Shown here piece after piece: positions 26,431 to 34,708 of a stretch of 35,176 nucleotides of DNA. The stretch lies in the IMG/VR virus record IMGVR_UViG_3300016265_000590, positions 1-35,176 of that record, one strand, 5' to 3'. The notes under the pieces were generated by a model. That model was not told the origin of the DNA. It did no database searches and was given only the letters and a program-made list of their open reading frames with translations. How positions within the stretch are numbered: position 1 is the first letter of the stretch; every line of letters starts with the position of its first letter. The stretch is from a virus. Lineage: Duplodnaviria > Caudoviricetes. The position numbers and the translations under genes are program-made.

Positions 26431-26515
26431 AACACGCAGGATCAGCGGCGGCGACGAGAGGACGAACCATGACGAACGACAACGAGGAGCCGTCCGCTGC
26501 ATCCGCTGGTTCTGT
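26427..26515 (-). repeat. attC-like recombination site 2 (89 bp)
   Basis: Minus strand: R'' ACAGAAC, 5-nt spacer, L'' GATGCAGC with extra base, unpaired A, variable loop, L' GCTGATC, R' GTTCTAT. Confidence 0.75.
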
Positions 26516-26762
26516 GGAGCCGGTGGCGTGGGGAGCCATTCTGAATGGCGAGTTGGACTCGGCTTTCAGGTCGCAAGCAGACGCTTTTATGTGGGCCTAC
26601 AAACGCGACGGCATTAAGATTGTCCCGCTCTACCGCCAGCCACAGGACGGCGTGGTGCGACTGCCGCCGCTAGACCCGAACGGCGCTCCCGGCTGGAACG
26701 CTGCGATAGGTGCCGTGCGCGAGGCGTTGGCGAAGGCTGGCGTGGATTGGCATACAGAGTGA
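26469..26762 (+). CDS. Hypothetical protein (cassette 2), EPVAW...PLY type
   Basis: SD GAGAGGA and ATG lie inside the attC 2 loop. Confidence 0.65.
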   Translation: MTNDNEEPSAASAGSVEPVAWGAILNGELDSAFRSQADAFMWAYKRDGIKIVPLYRQPQDGVVRLPPLDPNGAPGWNAAIGAVREALAKAGVDWHTE

Positions 26763-26786
26763 CCACAGAACGCTAAAGGAGACTTT

Positions 26787-26993
26787 ATGCAATGGATCGA
26801 AAGGACTGATCGCGAGCCATCCAAGGACGGATGGTATCTCGTTTGCGACATGGAAACGGCCCCATACCTGCCCGATCGCGCAGAGTTTGAGTCGGGCCAG
26901 TGGAGCCCGGTGGATGGCGACGAAGAGTTCGTCATCACTCACTGGATGGAACTGCCTCCGCCGCCGTTTGAGGTCAACTGGGACGATGACTGA
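26787..26993 (+). CDS. DUF551-like protein
   Basis: MQWI....P...G.YLV...ITHWMELPPPP. Confidence 0.75.
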   Translation: MQWIERTDREPSKDGWYLVCDMETAPYLPDRAEFESGQWSPVDGDEEFVITHWMELPPPPFEVNWDDD

Positions 26994-27010
26994 GCGTGCA
27001 GTTGGGGTAC

Positions 27011-27044
27011 ACAGAACCAGTGTTTATGCGGAACCTGATAACAC
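27011..27044 (-). other. attI-like site
   Basis: Minus strand GTTATCA...GCATAAA-CACTG-GTTCTGT; L-N5-R layout resembles attI1 CCCTAAA-ACAAA-GTT. Confidence 0.45.
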
Positions 27045-27122
27045 CCCGCCGCCCGGCGGAATCCTCGCCGCACGGCCGCGAGACGCGGTCGAGTGCTGCA
27101 TAACACGCCGAGCCCGTTCGGC

Positions 27123-27141
27123 TTGACTCCGTTGCCATGCT
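27123..27141 (+). promoter_or_regulatory. TTGAC-N8-CATGCT motif, probable leaderless promoter of rusA
   Basis: ATG 27148 lies 7 nt after the -10-like box; no SD. Confidence 0.5.
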
Positions 27142-27147
27142 GCGTGC

Positions 27148-27546
27148 ATGGCGATCACGTTCACCGTGCCGGGCGATCCCGTGCCGCAGCCGAGGCCGCG
27201 TGTCTCGACTCGCAGTGGCTTCGCTCGTGCGTACGTGCCGAGCAAGCACCCGGTGCACGACTACCGTGCGTCGCTCGCAGCTGCTGCCCGTGACGCCGGG
27301 CTCGGCACGACAGGCGAGCCGCTCAACGTCGTGATTGACGCAGTCTTTGTGCGGCCTAAGTCGCACCTGCGAAAGAGCGGCGTGAGAGCAGACGCCCCGA
27401 GGCTGCCACGGCCCGACGTGGACAACATCGCCAAGGCCGTGCTCGACGCCCTGCAGGACGTGATGGGCGATGACACGCTGGTTGCTCGCTTGGTGGTGGA
27501 AAAGAGCTACGGCACGGAGGCACGGACAACCGTGCGGATCTCGTGA
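27148..27546 (+). CDS. rusA: RusA-like Holliday junction resolvase
   Basis: PGDPVPQPRPR and RPDVDNIAKAVLDAL...DD motifs. Confidence 0.9.
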   Translation: MAITFTVPGDPVPQPRPRVSTRSGFARAYVPSKHPVHDYRASLAAAARDAGLGTTGEPLNVVIDAVFVRPKSHLRKSGVRADAPRLPRPDVDNIAKAVLDALQDVMGDDTLVARLVVEKSYGTEARTTVRIS

Positions 27547-28208
27547 CTGAGCCGCAGTATGCCGTGTTCAAGGACTCTGAGCCGCACCCGCTCGGCTCGA
27601 TGTCATCACATACATACGAAGTGGACGCCAAGCGGCTGACGTTTACTCTGGCCCGTTACAAGTTCGTGGCCCGTGTGCTGGCTGGCTGCGACACGGTGCT
27701 CGAGATTGGCTGCGGCGATGCCTTCGCCACTCGCATCGTTGCCCAGGCGGTTGGGCTCGTCGTTGCCACCGACTTTGATGCAGCCTTCATTGACGAGGCC
27801 CGCAGTAGGCGTCCGCACCATGCAGCGTATGTGCAGCACGACATGGTCGCCGGCCCGAAGTACGTGCCAGACAGGCTGCCCAAGGTGTTCGACGCCGCGT
27901 ACGCCTTGGACGTGCTTGAGCACATCCGGCCCGAGCGAGAAGGTGCGTTTCTTGGCAATGTAGCCATGAGCATCGGCGAGCACGGCACGTTTATCTGCGG
28001 GATGCCGTCTCTTGAGTCGCAGCGGCATGCGTCAGAGCTGAGCCGGGCCGGGCACGTCAACTGCAAGACCGAGGAAGAGTTGCGTGCCACGCTGAAGAGG
28101 TACTTTCGCAACGTGTTTATGTTCGGGATGAACGACGAAGTCGTGCACACCGGATTCGGGCCTATGTGCCACTACCGTCTGGCCGTATGCACGGGGGCCA
28201 AGCTGTGA
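27543..28208 (+). CDS. Class I SAM-dependent methyltransferase
   Basis: ARYKF, VLEIGCGD and LDVLEHI motifs. Confidence 0.85.
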   Translation: MTEPQYAVFKDSEPHPLGSMSSHTYEVDAKRLTFTLARYKFVARVLAGCDTVLEIGCGDAFATRIVAQAVGLVVATDFDAAFIDEARSRRPHHAAYVQHDMVAGPKYVPDRLPKVFDAAYALDVLEHIRPEREGAFLGNVAMSIGEHGTFICGMPSLESQRHASELSRAGHVNCKTEEELRATLKRYFRNVFMFGMNDEVVHTGFGPMCHYRLAVCTGAKL

Positions 28209-28972
28209 GCGTGAGCGTTGTGATCCCGACGCACAACCGTGCGAGCAATCTGGGGCGTGCCGTCGTGTCGGCGGCATCGCAGTCGCCGCTCGAGGTGCTG
28301 GTGATTGACGACGCCAGCACGGATGACACGCAGGGCATCGTTGAGCAGCTGCAGGACATTTACCCGTGCGTGAAGTATCAGCGACGAGACACAAAGGCTT
28401 GTGATTGGCAGCAGTCAGCCTCTGAGTCTTACGCCTGGCTCATGGGCTCGCACGTCATCTGCATGGGTGCCGATGACAAACTCGAGCACGGCGTGATCGA
28501 CAGTGTCGGACGGCATGAGGATGCCGCTGTCGTTTTCCATGACTACTGGGTTTGCGACACCTCTGGGCACGTGACTGGGGCAGTCACCAACGGTTATGAG
28601 GCAGTGATTGAGTTCACGCCACGCCAGATGCGGGCGAGGCTTCGTGAGCACCCGCACGCTACTGAGACTGGCATAGGCTCTGCTATCCGACGCGACAGGC
28701 TTCTGTGGCTAAACAGTCTCGCCTGGTGGCGAATGGGGCCGTGGAGTGACGCTGTCGGGTACGCAGCGGTTGCAGCACTTGGTGGCTGCGTGTTCGTGCC
28801 CGGTGCCGGTGCAACATTCACCGATGATTCAGGCGGCTACGGGCACCAGCACCGCAGCGGCCACCGAGCGAGCGAGTACCACCAAGCCGTGCGGAAGTTT
28901 CTGCATGACGCAGGCGTGCCTTTCAGCGTAGCCAACGCAATCTGCCTGAAACGTGGGGTGCCCTATGGCTAA
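28205..28972 (+). CDS. Glycosyltransferase family 2
   Basis: VSVVIPTHNR, VIDDASTDDT and GADD motifs. Confidence 0.88.
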   Translation: MSVSVVIPTHNRASNLGRAVVSAASQSPLEVLVIDDASTDDTQGIVEQLQDIYPCVKYQRRDTKACDWQQSASESYAWLMGSHVICMGADDKLEHGVIDSVGRHEDAAVVFHDYWVCDTSGHVTGAVTNGYEAVIEFTPRQMRARLREHPHATETGIGSAIRRDRLLWLNSLAWWRMGPWSDAVGYAAVAALGGCVFVPGAGATFTDDSGGYGHQHRSGHRASEYHQAVRKFLHDAGVPFSVANAICLKRGVPYG

Positions 28973-29855
28973 CCTGCCGGCGCAGTTGTGGCTGCCGCAT
29001 CCTGCATTTGCAGAGTTATTCGACGAGCGGCACGCTGCGGGCCTCGAGCGGCTCCGAAACGCATCAGTTGCCATTGTCGGGCTTGCCAGAAACTGCGGCC
29101 CGCAGTTGGCTGCAAATCTGGAGCGTGTCGAATCGCTGGCTGGCCTGTGCGGTTCGTGGCAGTTGCATGTCGAGTCCAACGACTGCACGGATGACACGCT
29201 GGACGTACTGGCGGCATTTGCCAGACGGCACAGCCAAGCCACGTTTCATTACCAGATGCTCAACCGCCCGCACTTGCCGGGCGAGTTTGGCGGCCGTCGC
29301 ACGATTGCGTTGGCTGAATACCGCGACGCCTGCCAGCGTTGGGTGCGAGCCTGCGATGGCGACTCTGACTACGTCGTTGTCATCGACTTCGACGCCTGGG
29401 GCGGCTGGAACCACCAAGGCGTGCTGAACGGGTTCGGGTGGCTGGTTGAGATGCCAGGTGCCTACGGCATGGCGAGCACGTCGCTCTTTCAGTACGACTT
29501 CGGCCAAGGCCCGCAGTGGTGCCATTACGATCTCTGGGCAATGCGTGGGCTCGGCCAGCCCGATTGCTACTTCGACGCCTACCAAAACGGATACGGCGGG
29601 TTCGGCTTCTCGTGGCTGCCGCCTGTCGGCTCGCCGCCTGCGATCGTCGCCAGTGCTTTCGGCGGCATGACGATCTACCGCACCGATGCGTATCTGGCTG
29701 GCACGTACGACGGCACCGCAGACTGCGAGCACGTCCCGTTTCACGCGAGCATTGCCGAGGCAACTGGACAGCATCTGTATCTCAACCCGTCACAACGGAT
29801 GCTCATGAGCTGGATACCGGAGCCATGCGCGGCAACACCGCAACCATCAGCCTGA
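28965..29855 (+). CDS. Glycosyltransferase, CAP59/GT69-like
   Basis: IVGLARNC, ESNDCTDDT, LAEYRD, VIDFD, SAFGG and CEHVPFH..LYLNP motifs. Confidence 0.7.
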   Translation: MANLPAQLWLPHPAFAELFDERHAAGLERLRNASVAIVGLARNCGPQLAANLERVESLAGLCGSWQLHVESNDCTDDTLDVLAAFARRHSQATFHYQMLNRPHLPGEFGGRRTIALAEYRDACQRWVRACDGDSDYVVVIDFDAWGGWNHQGVLNGFGWLVEMPGAYGMASTSLFQYDFGQGPQWCHYDLWAMRGLGQPDCYFDAYQNGYGGFGFSWLPPVGSPPAIVASAFGGMTIYRTDAYLAGTYDGTADCEHVPFHASIAEATGQHLYLNPSQRMLMSWIPEPCAATPQPSA

Positions 29856-30202
29856 CGGCGTTTCGTGCTGATTGGCTGACGCACATGCCCATGCGGGCAC
29901 TGTGCGAGCGGTACACCGTTTCCCGTGATCAAGTCATCCGGCTCAAGCATCACTGGGATCTGCCGCCCAGGCACGACCGCAAACTGCGAGCCAAGCCCAA
30001 GCGGGCCGTCGATCCCACGACAACCGAGATTCAGACCCGGTGCATGGAGATCCAAGCGACGTGGAGCGACGAGGTCCGCGAGTTGCGTCGGGTGATCAAG
30101 ACGCAGCACGTTGCACTCAAACGCATCCCGCTGGATGACGAGACGAGGCGAGCGGCCGGCGATTACGACGGCGACGCCGATCTATGGGAGGCCAACCGAT
30201 GA
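29825..30202 (+). CDS. HTH-like hypothetical protein, possible paralogue of 25709-26095
   Basis: W....M..LCERY.VS..QV..L....LPPR...DPT..EI. Confidence 0.55.
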   Translation: MRGNTATISLTAFRADWLTHMPMRALCERYTVSRDQVIRLKHHWDLPPRHDRKLRAKPKRAVDPTTTEIQTRCMEIQATWSDEVRELRRVIKTQHVALKRIPLDDETRRAAGDYDGDADLWEANR

Positions 30203-30474
30203 CGCTCGCGCCTCGTGGCAAGGAAGACGTGCTGCGTCGCATCGTGGTGGAGTATGGGCAGCTTTACGTCTACATCTACATGACTGATGGCAACGGCAAG
30301 ATTCTCGACGAAGAGGTTTTCAAACAGCCGTTTCGGCTCGACCGCAAAGATGCTTTCGACGAAGCCAGGGACACCTACGACAGCACCTACGACTGGATAA
30401 ACGAGATCGTCAACGTCACCCCGCCACTGCAAGGAGACGAGGAAGACGAGGCAGAATCAGATTCGGAGGACTAA
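30199..30474 (+). CDS. Hypothetical acidic protein
   Basis: Coupled ORF with GGAGG SD. Confidence 0.65.
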   Translation: MTLAPRGKEDVLRRIVVEYGQLYVYIYMTDGNGKILDEEVFKQPFRLDRKDAFDEARDTYDSTYDWINEIVNVTPPLQGDEEDEAESDSED

Positions 30475-30476
30475 AA

Positions 30477-30779
30477 ATGCCTGACTACGGTGCCACGCCC
30501 AGCGAGCTTGAGCAGTACGGCAACGGCCTGAATCTGTGGCAGTCGCTGATGCTGCTGCAGCGGTGGGCTCCGCTCATCGGCTACGGCCAGCGTTTGATGG
30601 CCGAGGCAGACCCGTACAAGCGTTCGCTGATCGTCGCCGACGCCGTCGAGTGGCTCGCCTCGCAGACGCAGGCCCGAGTCGATGACGAACTCGTCACCAA
30701 GCTTGCCGCCGTTCTCAAGACGCAGCAGGGCGAGGACTTGGTGCGTTGGGTGATGAAGCAGGCGGAGGCTGTGCGGTGA
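30477..30779 (+). CDS. Hypothetical protein
   Basis: GGAGG SD; coupled ORF. Confidence 0.7.
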   Translation: MPDYGATPSELEQYGNGLNLWQSLMLLQRWAPLIGYGQRLMAEADPYKRSLIVADAVEWLASQTQARVDDELVTKLAAVLKTQQGEDLVRWVMKQAEAVR

Positions 30780-31387
30780 GCCATGACGAGATCATTCGCA
30801 CCGTCGCCGTCGTGGCGGCAGTTGCTTTACTCGCTGCGCCGTACCGGCAGCAGCTCGCTCAGTACGCCGCTCAGGCCGCCGAAGCCGCCCGCAAGCACGG
30901 CAGCACCATCGGCCGCATCGCAGCCGCCGTCCTAATCCTCGTGGCGGCGTGGGGCAAGATCCCGCTGCCGTCGTTGCCAGTGACACCGGCCGTGCCGGCC
31001 GTGAATGTCGAGACGCCGAGTGCGGAGATGCAGCAGCTTGTGCAGCCAGTTGGCCGGGCTTTGGCATCTCTGCCAATGAGCGACCGCATGTTGTGGGCCG
31101 AGACGTGGAGCAAGGCTGCTGTCGTGGCTGCTGGCGAGGCAGTGACAGCCGAAAAGGTTTTCACCGACACCCGTAGCCTGCGGCTTTTCACCACGCTGGC
31201 CTTGGACATTGCCTGGCGTCGCATCGGCGGCAATCAGCCGGGGTCTGTTGCCGGGCTTAAGGACGCCGTAGAGGCGGCCTACAACACCGCCGTGGGCCGC
31301 GATGTCGTGCCTGTCGATCGGGCTGTGATCGACCGATACGTCGAGTTCGCCAAGGCCATGGCATGGGCCGGCGTCAACAGAGGGTGA
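30776..31387 (+). CDS. Membrane protein with two N-terminal TM helices
   Basis: VAVVAAVALLAA and IAAAVLILVAAW segments. Confidence 0.7.
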   Translation: MSHDEIIRTVAVVAAVALLAAPYRQQLAQYAAQAAEAARKHGSTIGRIAAAVLILVAAWGKIPLPSLPVTPAVPAVNVETPSAEMQQLVQPVGRALASLPMSDRMLWAETWSKAAVVAAGEAVTAEKVFTDTRSLRLFTTLALDIAWRRIGGNQPGSVAGLKDAVEAAYNTAVGRDVVPVDRAVIDRYVEFAKAMAWAGVNRG

Positions 31388-31390
31388 CGC

Positions 31391-32323
31391 ATGGCCGGAT
31401 TTGTCCCGCTGTTCGGCTACGACCCTGATCCGGCTGGTGCCGAAGCGTTCGTGGCTTCGCTCGCCAAACCCACGTTGGCTGAAGCCGGGCCTGATCTTGA
31501 GACGGCCAAGCATGACGTGGCCCTGTCGCGGCTGCTGATGAAGTGCATGCCCTCGTGGAAGCGTGGCAGCCAGCCGATTGGCTCATGCGTGGGATGGGGC
31601 ACCGCGATGTCGGTGGACGTTCTGGCCGCCTGCGACATCCTGCTGCGGAATGAGCCGGAAGCGTGGGGTGGCCGCTGCATCGAAGGCGTTGTGTATGGGC
31701 TGAGCAGAGTCGAGGCCCGTGGCCAGAGCGTCAACATGGGCGGCGACGGCAGTACAGGCTTTCATGCCGCCAAGGCCATCAGCAAGTTCGGCACGCTCCA
31801 CTACGGCCAGGACTACGGCGGCAAGCGATTCGACAAGCAACTCAGCGGCACCCAGGAGCGTGAGCTCGGGCGCAACGGGCTACCGGCCAACCTTGAGCCG
31901 CACGCAGCACAGCACAAGGTTTCCGAAGTCACGCTTGTGAAGTCATTCGCTGACGTGGCCAAGGCCATCAGCAATGGGTACCCGGTGTTCCTGTGCTCTA
32001 TGCGTGGCTTCTCCATGACGTTCAAAAAGGATGCCAACTACGGCGGCGGCTGGCTGACGCCGATGGCCACCTGGGCTCACTGCATGATGGCTTGTGATAT
32101 CCGTTGGGATCGCCCGGCGGCGTTGGTGCCAAACAGTTGGGGCGAGTGCTACTCAGGCCCAGTAGACGAGCGGCTGCCAGCACCGTTTCAGCGTTCGTCT
32201 GGCTGGGTTGACGCTGCTGTTATCGACAGCATGTGCAGTGGTGGCGACTCATACGCAGTGGCTGGATTCAACGGTTTCCGGCCATCTCTTATGCCTGAAG
32301 ACTTCCTTGATCAGGTGCTGTGA
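31391..32323 (+). CDS. Papain-like C1 cysteine peptidase
   Basis: Q-PIGS-C-VGW, AH-CM and NSWG catalytic motifs. Confidence 0.8.
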   Translation: MAGFVPLFGYDPDPAGAEAFVASLAKPTLAEAGPDLETAKHDVALSRLLMKCMPSWKRGSQPIGSCVGWGTAMSVDVLAACDILLRNEPEAWGGRCIEGVVYGLSRVEARGQSVNMGGDGSTGFHAAKAISKFGTLHYGQDYGGKRFDKQLSGTQERELGRNGLPANLEPHAAQHKVSEVTLVKSFADVAKAISNGYPVFLCSMRGFSMTFKKDANYGGGWLTPMATWAHCMMACDIRWDRPAALVPNSWGECYSGPVDERLPAPFQRSSGWVDAAVIDSMCSGGDSYAVAGFNGFRPSLMPEDFLDQVL

Positions 32324-32595
32324 TGCGTTGGCTTGTGTGCTTTCTCGTTGTGGCTGCCGGCTGCGTGTTGACGCTGCCAACCGACAACAGCGTCTCGGCG
32401 GACTTAGCCGCTGAGACAGCGAGGATGGTTGTGCAGATGCGTCAGGAGATGCACCCGACGCCAACGCCAGACAGCGATGACTGCGAAAACTGCATTGATG
32501 GATACGTCGGCGATGGACGCATCAAGGTGAAGTGCCAAGTGTGCGACGGCACCGGCAAGAAGCCCAAGAGCGTGTGCAAGGACTGCCCGAAATGA
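32320..32595 (+). CDS. Exported or lipoprotein with a DnaJ-type zinc finger
   Basis: Signal peptide ending VAAGC; CENCIDG and CQVCDGTG. Confidence 0.6.
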   Translation: MMRWLVCFLVVAAGCVLTLPTDNSVSADLAAETARMVVQMRQEMHPTPTPDSDDCENCIDGYVGDGRIKVKCQVCDGTGKKPKSVCKDCPK

Positions 32596-32912
32596 CCCGC
32601 GACGAACTCATCGCCGCCGTCTGGGACGAGCTGCCCAAAAGCCGCTACCTGCTCGGCCGTCGCCGCGTGGATCGGCTCACGGCCCGGTGCCTGAAGAAAT
32701 GGCCCGTGCCCGTGCTGTATCAATGCGACGCACAGCAGACGGTGATTGTCGGCGAGCACCTGGCCAAGAGCATCGAGCGACAAGAGCGCGCCGAATACGG
32801 AATGGGATTCTTTGCGTCGATCATCTTGGCTGCAATCGTCAGCGAAATCGTAAAGATTCTGGTGCGTCGCTGGCTTGAGAATCGCACCGAGATGCTGGAG
32901 GCGATGCAGTGA
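32592..32912 (+). CDS. Hypothetical protein with C-terminal TM helix
   Basis: ATGA coupling; GFFASIILAAIVSEIVKILV. Confidence 0.65.
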   Translation: MTRDELIAAVWDELPKSRYLLGRRRVDRLTARCLKKWPVPVLYQCDAQQTVIVGEHLAKSIERQERAEYGMGFFASIILAAIVSEIVKILVRRWLENRTEMLEAMQ

Positions 32913-33142
32913 CGGACGCGGCGAAAGACACGATCTTCTCGGTGCTGGAGCGATGGGGTTTCCCGACGCTCGTGGCCATTGGCCTGGCTTGGTTTATCCG
33001 CACGGATTTGTTGATACCCCTGCTGGAAGAGCACCGCACTACCGTGAAAGAACTGCGTGAGACGCAGCGAGAGATTGCCAAGGCAGTCACCGAGCAGACC
33101 AAGCTCTTGTACGAAATGAAGCAGATGAGGGACCAGCCATGA
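32909..33142 (+). CDS. Holin-like single-TM protein
   Basis: ERWGFPTLVAIGLAWFI followed by a coiled coil. Confidence 0.5.
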   Translation: MTDAAKDTIFSVLERWGFPTLVAIGLAWFIRTDLLIPLLEEHRTTVKELRETQREIAKAVTEQTKLLYEMKQMRDQP

Positions 33143-33978
33143 GCATGTCACCACGACTCTTGCGGCCACGGCAGACCATGCATCCAGAGGCAGCCGCATG
33201 GAAAACCGCCGTGGTTGCGAACGGAGGCAGCGTTAGCGGCACGACACTGTCGGCGGTGGATAAGTTCTGCAAGGCAATCGCATCGGCTGGCATCCGAGAT
33301 CGCTTCTACCGCCTCAACCTGTTCTGTGGCACCGGACTCAACGCCTGCCTCGTCCCGCTCTATCGCGGCCCGTCGCTTGGCGGAACGCAGTACGGCAACA
33401 CCACCGACACAAACTTTGGACCGTTCGTTAGTGGGGACTATGTGGAGACGGGAGCGAGTGGTGGGCTGTGGTATGGAGGCGTCGGAAACAACACCAGCAA
33501 GCGGCTTGATACCGGGATCGCTGGCTCTGTGCTGTCTCCTGGAGATCGGCACCTGTCCGCTTACGAAATCGTCAACGCGACTACCGACTACTCTCCAAGC
33601 GTTTTGTCTGGAACCGCCCTGACGACGATGCACGGCATCGGCAACTGGACTACTATTACCGGATATAGGTACCGAACGCACAACACTATCGGCGGCCAAG
33701 CCGGTGCGACCTCGTCTCCAGGCTTTTGGCTCGGGTCCGACACGTCGTCCACAGCAAGCCTTCTGTACCGTCACGGGTCACAGGTTGGCTCCACCTCTGG
33801 GCAGCCCGCTGGAGGCTCAGGCAACAGCAACTATCAGATTTTAGGCAGCTCGTCAGGCGAATACTCGGAGGCTAGGCTAGGCGGCTACTCCATTGGCCTC
33901 TCCATGAGCGCAGGCCAGGTTTCGTCGTTCCATGCCGCCATGCAGGCGTTCCAGACCGCACTGGGGCGTAACGTATGA
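33139..33978 (+). CDS. Putative virion protein, ConA/LamG-like beta C-terminus
   Basis: Gly/Ser/Thr-rich; HPEA..W...V.ANGG N-terminus, YSIG..MS...FQTALGR end. Confidence 0.5.
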   Translation: MSMSPRLLRPRQTMHPEAAAWKTAVVANGGSVSGTTLSAVDKFCKAIASAGIRDRFYRLNLFCGTGLNACLVPLYRGPSLGGTQYGNTTDTNFGPFVSGDYVETGASGGLWYGGVGNNTSKRLDTGIAGSVLSPGDRHLSAYEIVNATTDYSPSVLSGTALTTMHGIGNWTTITGYRYRTHNTIGGQAGATSSPGFWLGSDTSSTASLLYRHGSQVGSTSGQPAGGSGNSNYQILGSSSGEYSEARLGGYSIGLSMSAGQVSSFHAAMQAFQTALGRNV

Positions 33979-34286
33979 CCCTCTCCGACCTCCTCGCATC
34001 CGGCGTCACGCCAGACATCGCCACGCTGCGGGCGGTAGCTCTGGTGTTCAACGACGAACTCCGCGACCGGCTGATCGCAGTGCAGGAAGAACACGGCGAT
34101 CCGCGTCACGTTCCCTCGCCTGTCGCAACGAACGACGGGCGGTGGTTTCTCTGCGCCGACATTCTCACGGAGTGCGTGGAGGGCGGGATCGTTTGGGGCG
34201 GGTTCTCGCATTTGGATAGCGCGAGGTTTGACGAGATTGAGGTTTTGCCACTGGCCGACGTACTGCCACCACAAGAGCCCGCCTAA
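33975..34286 (+). CDS. Hypothetical protein
   Basis: Coupled ORF; DGRWFLCADILTE. Confidence 0.65.
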   Translation: MTLSDLLASGVTPDIATLRAVALVFNDELRDRLIAVQEEHGDPRHVPSPVATNDGRWFLCADILTECVEGGIVWGGFSHLDSARFDEIEVLPLADVLPPQEPA

Positions 34287-34317
34287 CTGCAAGAGACACC
34301 CCCGCCTGCCGTACAGT
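34287..34317 (+). promoter_or_regulatory. Putative late promoter CTGCAAG-N18-TACAGT
   Basis: Same architecture as the motif upstream of the capsid gene. Confidence 0.45.
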
Positions 34318-34345
34318 CACGGCACAGGCAACCACGGAGACGAGC

Positions 34346-34702
34346 ATGGCCGACAACATAATCAGCCGTAAGGCCCGCGACTTTGACATCACGCTGACCA
34401 CGGCCACTGCTGCGGCTACCACGCTTGATATGCGTGACGTTGCTGGTGCCATCGTGCAGTTCGGCACGATGAGCACCAACGCCAGCACGCTCCAGATGTG
34501 GGTGGGCAACAGCCCCACCGGCACCTATGCACGCCTCTACAAGAGCGATGGCAGCGTGGCGGATCTGACGCTGAGCCCATCGAGCACGCTTGGCCGGGCC
34601 TACTCGCTGCCCGATGAAGTGTTCGGGGCCGAGTACCTGCGGATCGTGTCGGCCACCACGAACAGCACGGGCACATCTGGCATCGTGATGCTCAAGAGCT
34701 GA
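34346..34702 (+). CDS. Small beta-rich protein, possible virion decoration
   Basis: Thr/Ser/Ala-rich; YLRIVS near the C-terminus; GGAG SD. Confidence 0.6.
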   Translation: MADNIISRKARDFDITLTTATAAATTLDMRDVAGAIVQFGTMSTNASTLQMWVGNSPTGTYARLYKSDGSVADLTLSPSSTLGRAYSLPDEVFGAEYLRIVSATTNSTGTSGIVMLKS

Positions 34703-34708
34703 TGCCCC

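Noticed and set aside
26111-26515. CRISPR mini-array
   Set aside because: Only two palindromic units separated by a whole ORF, with attC geometry; no cas genes.
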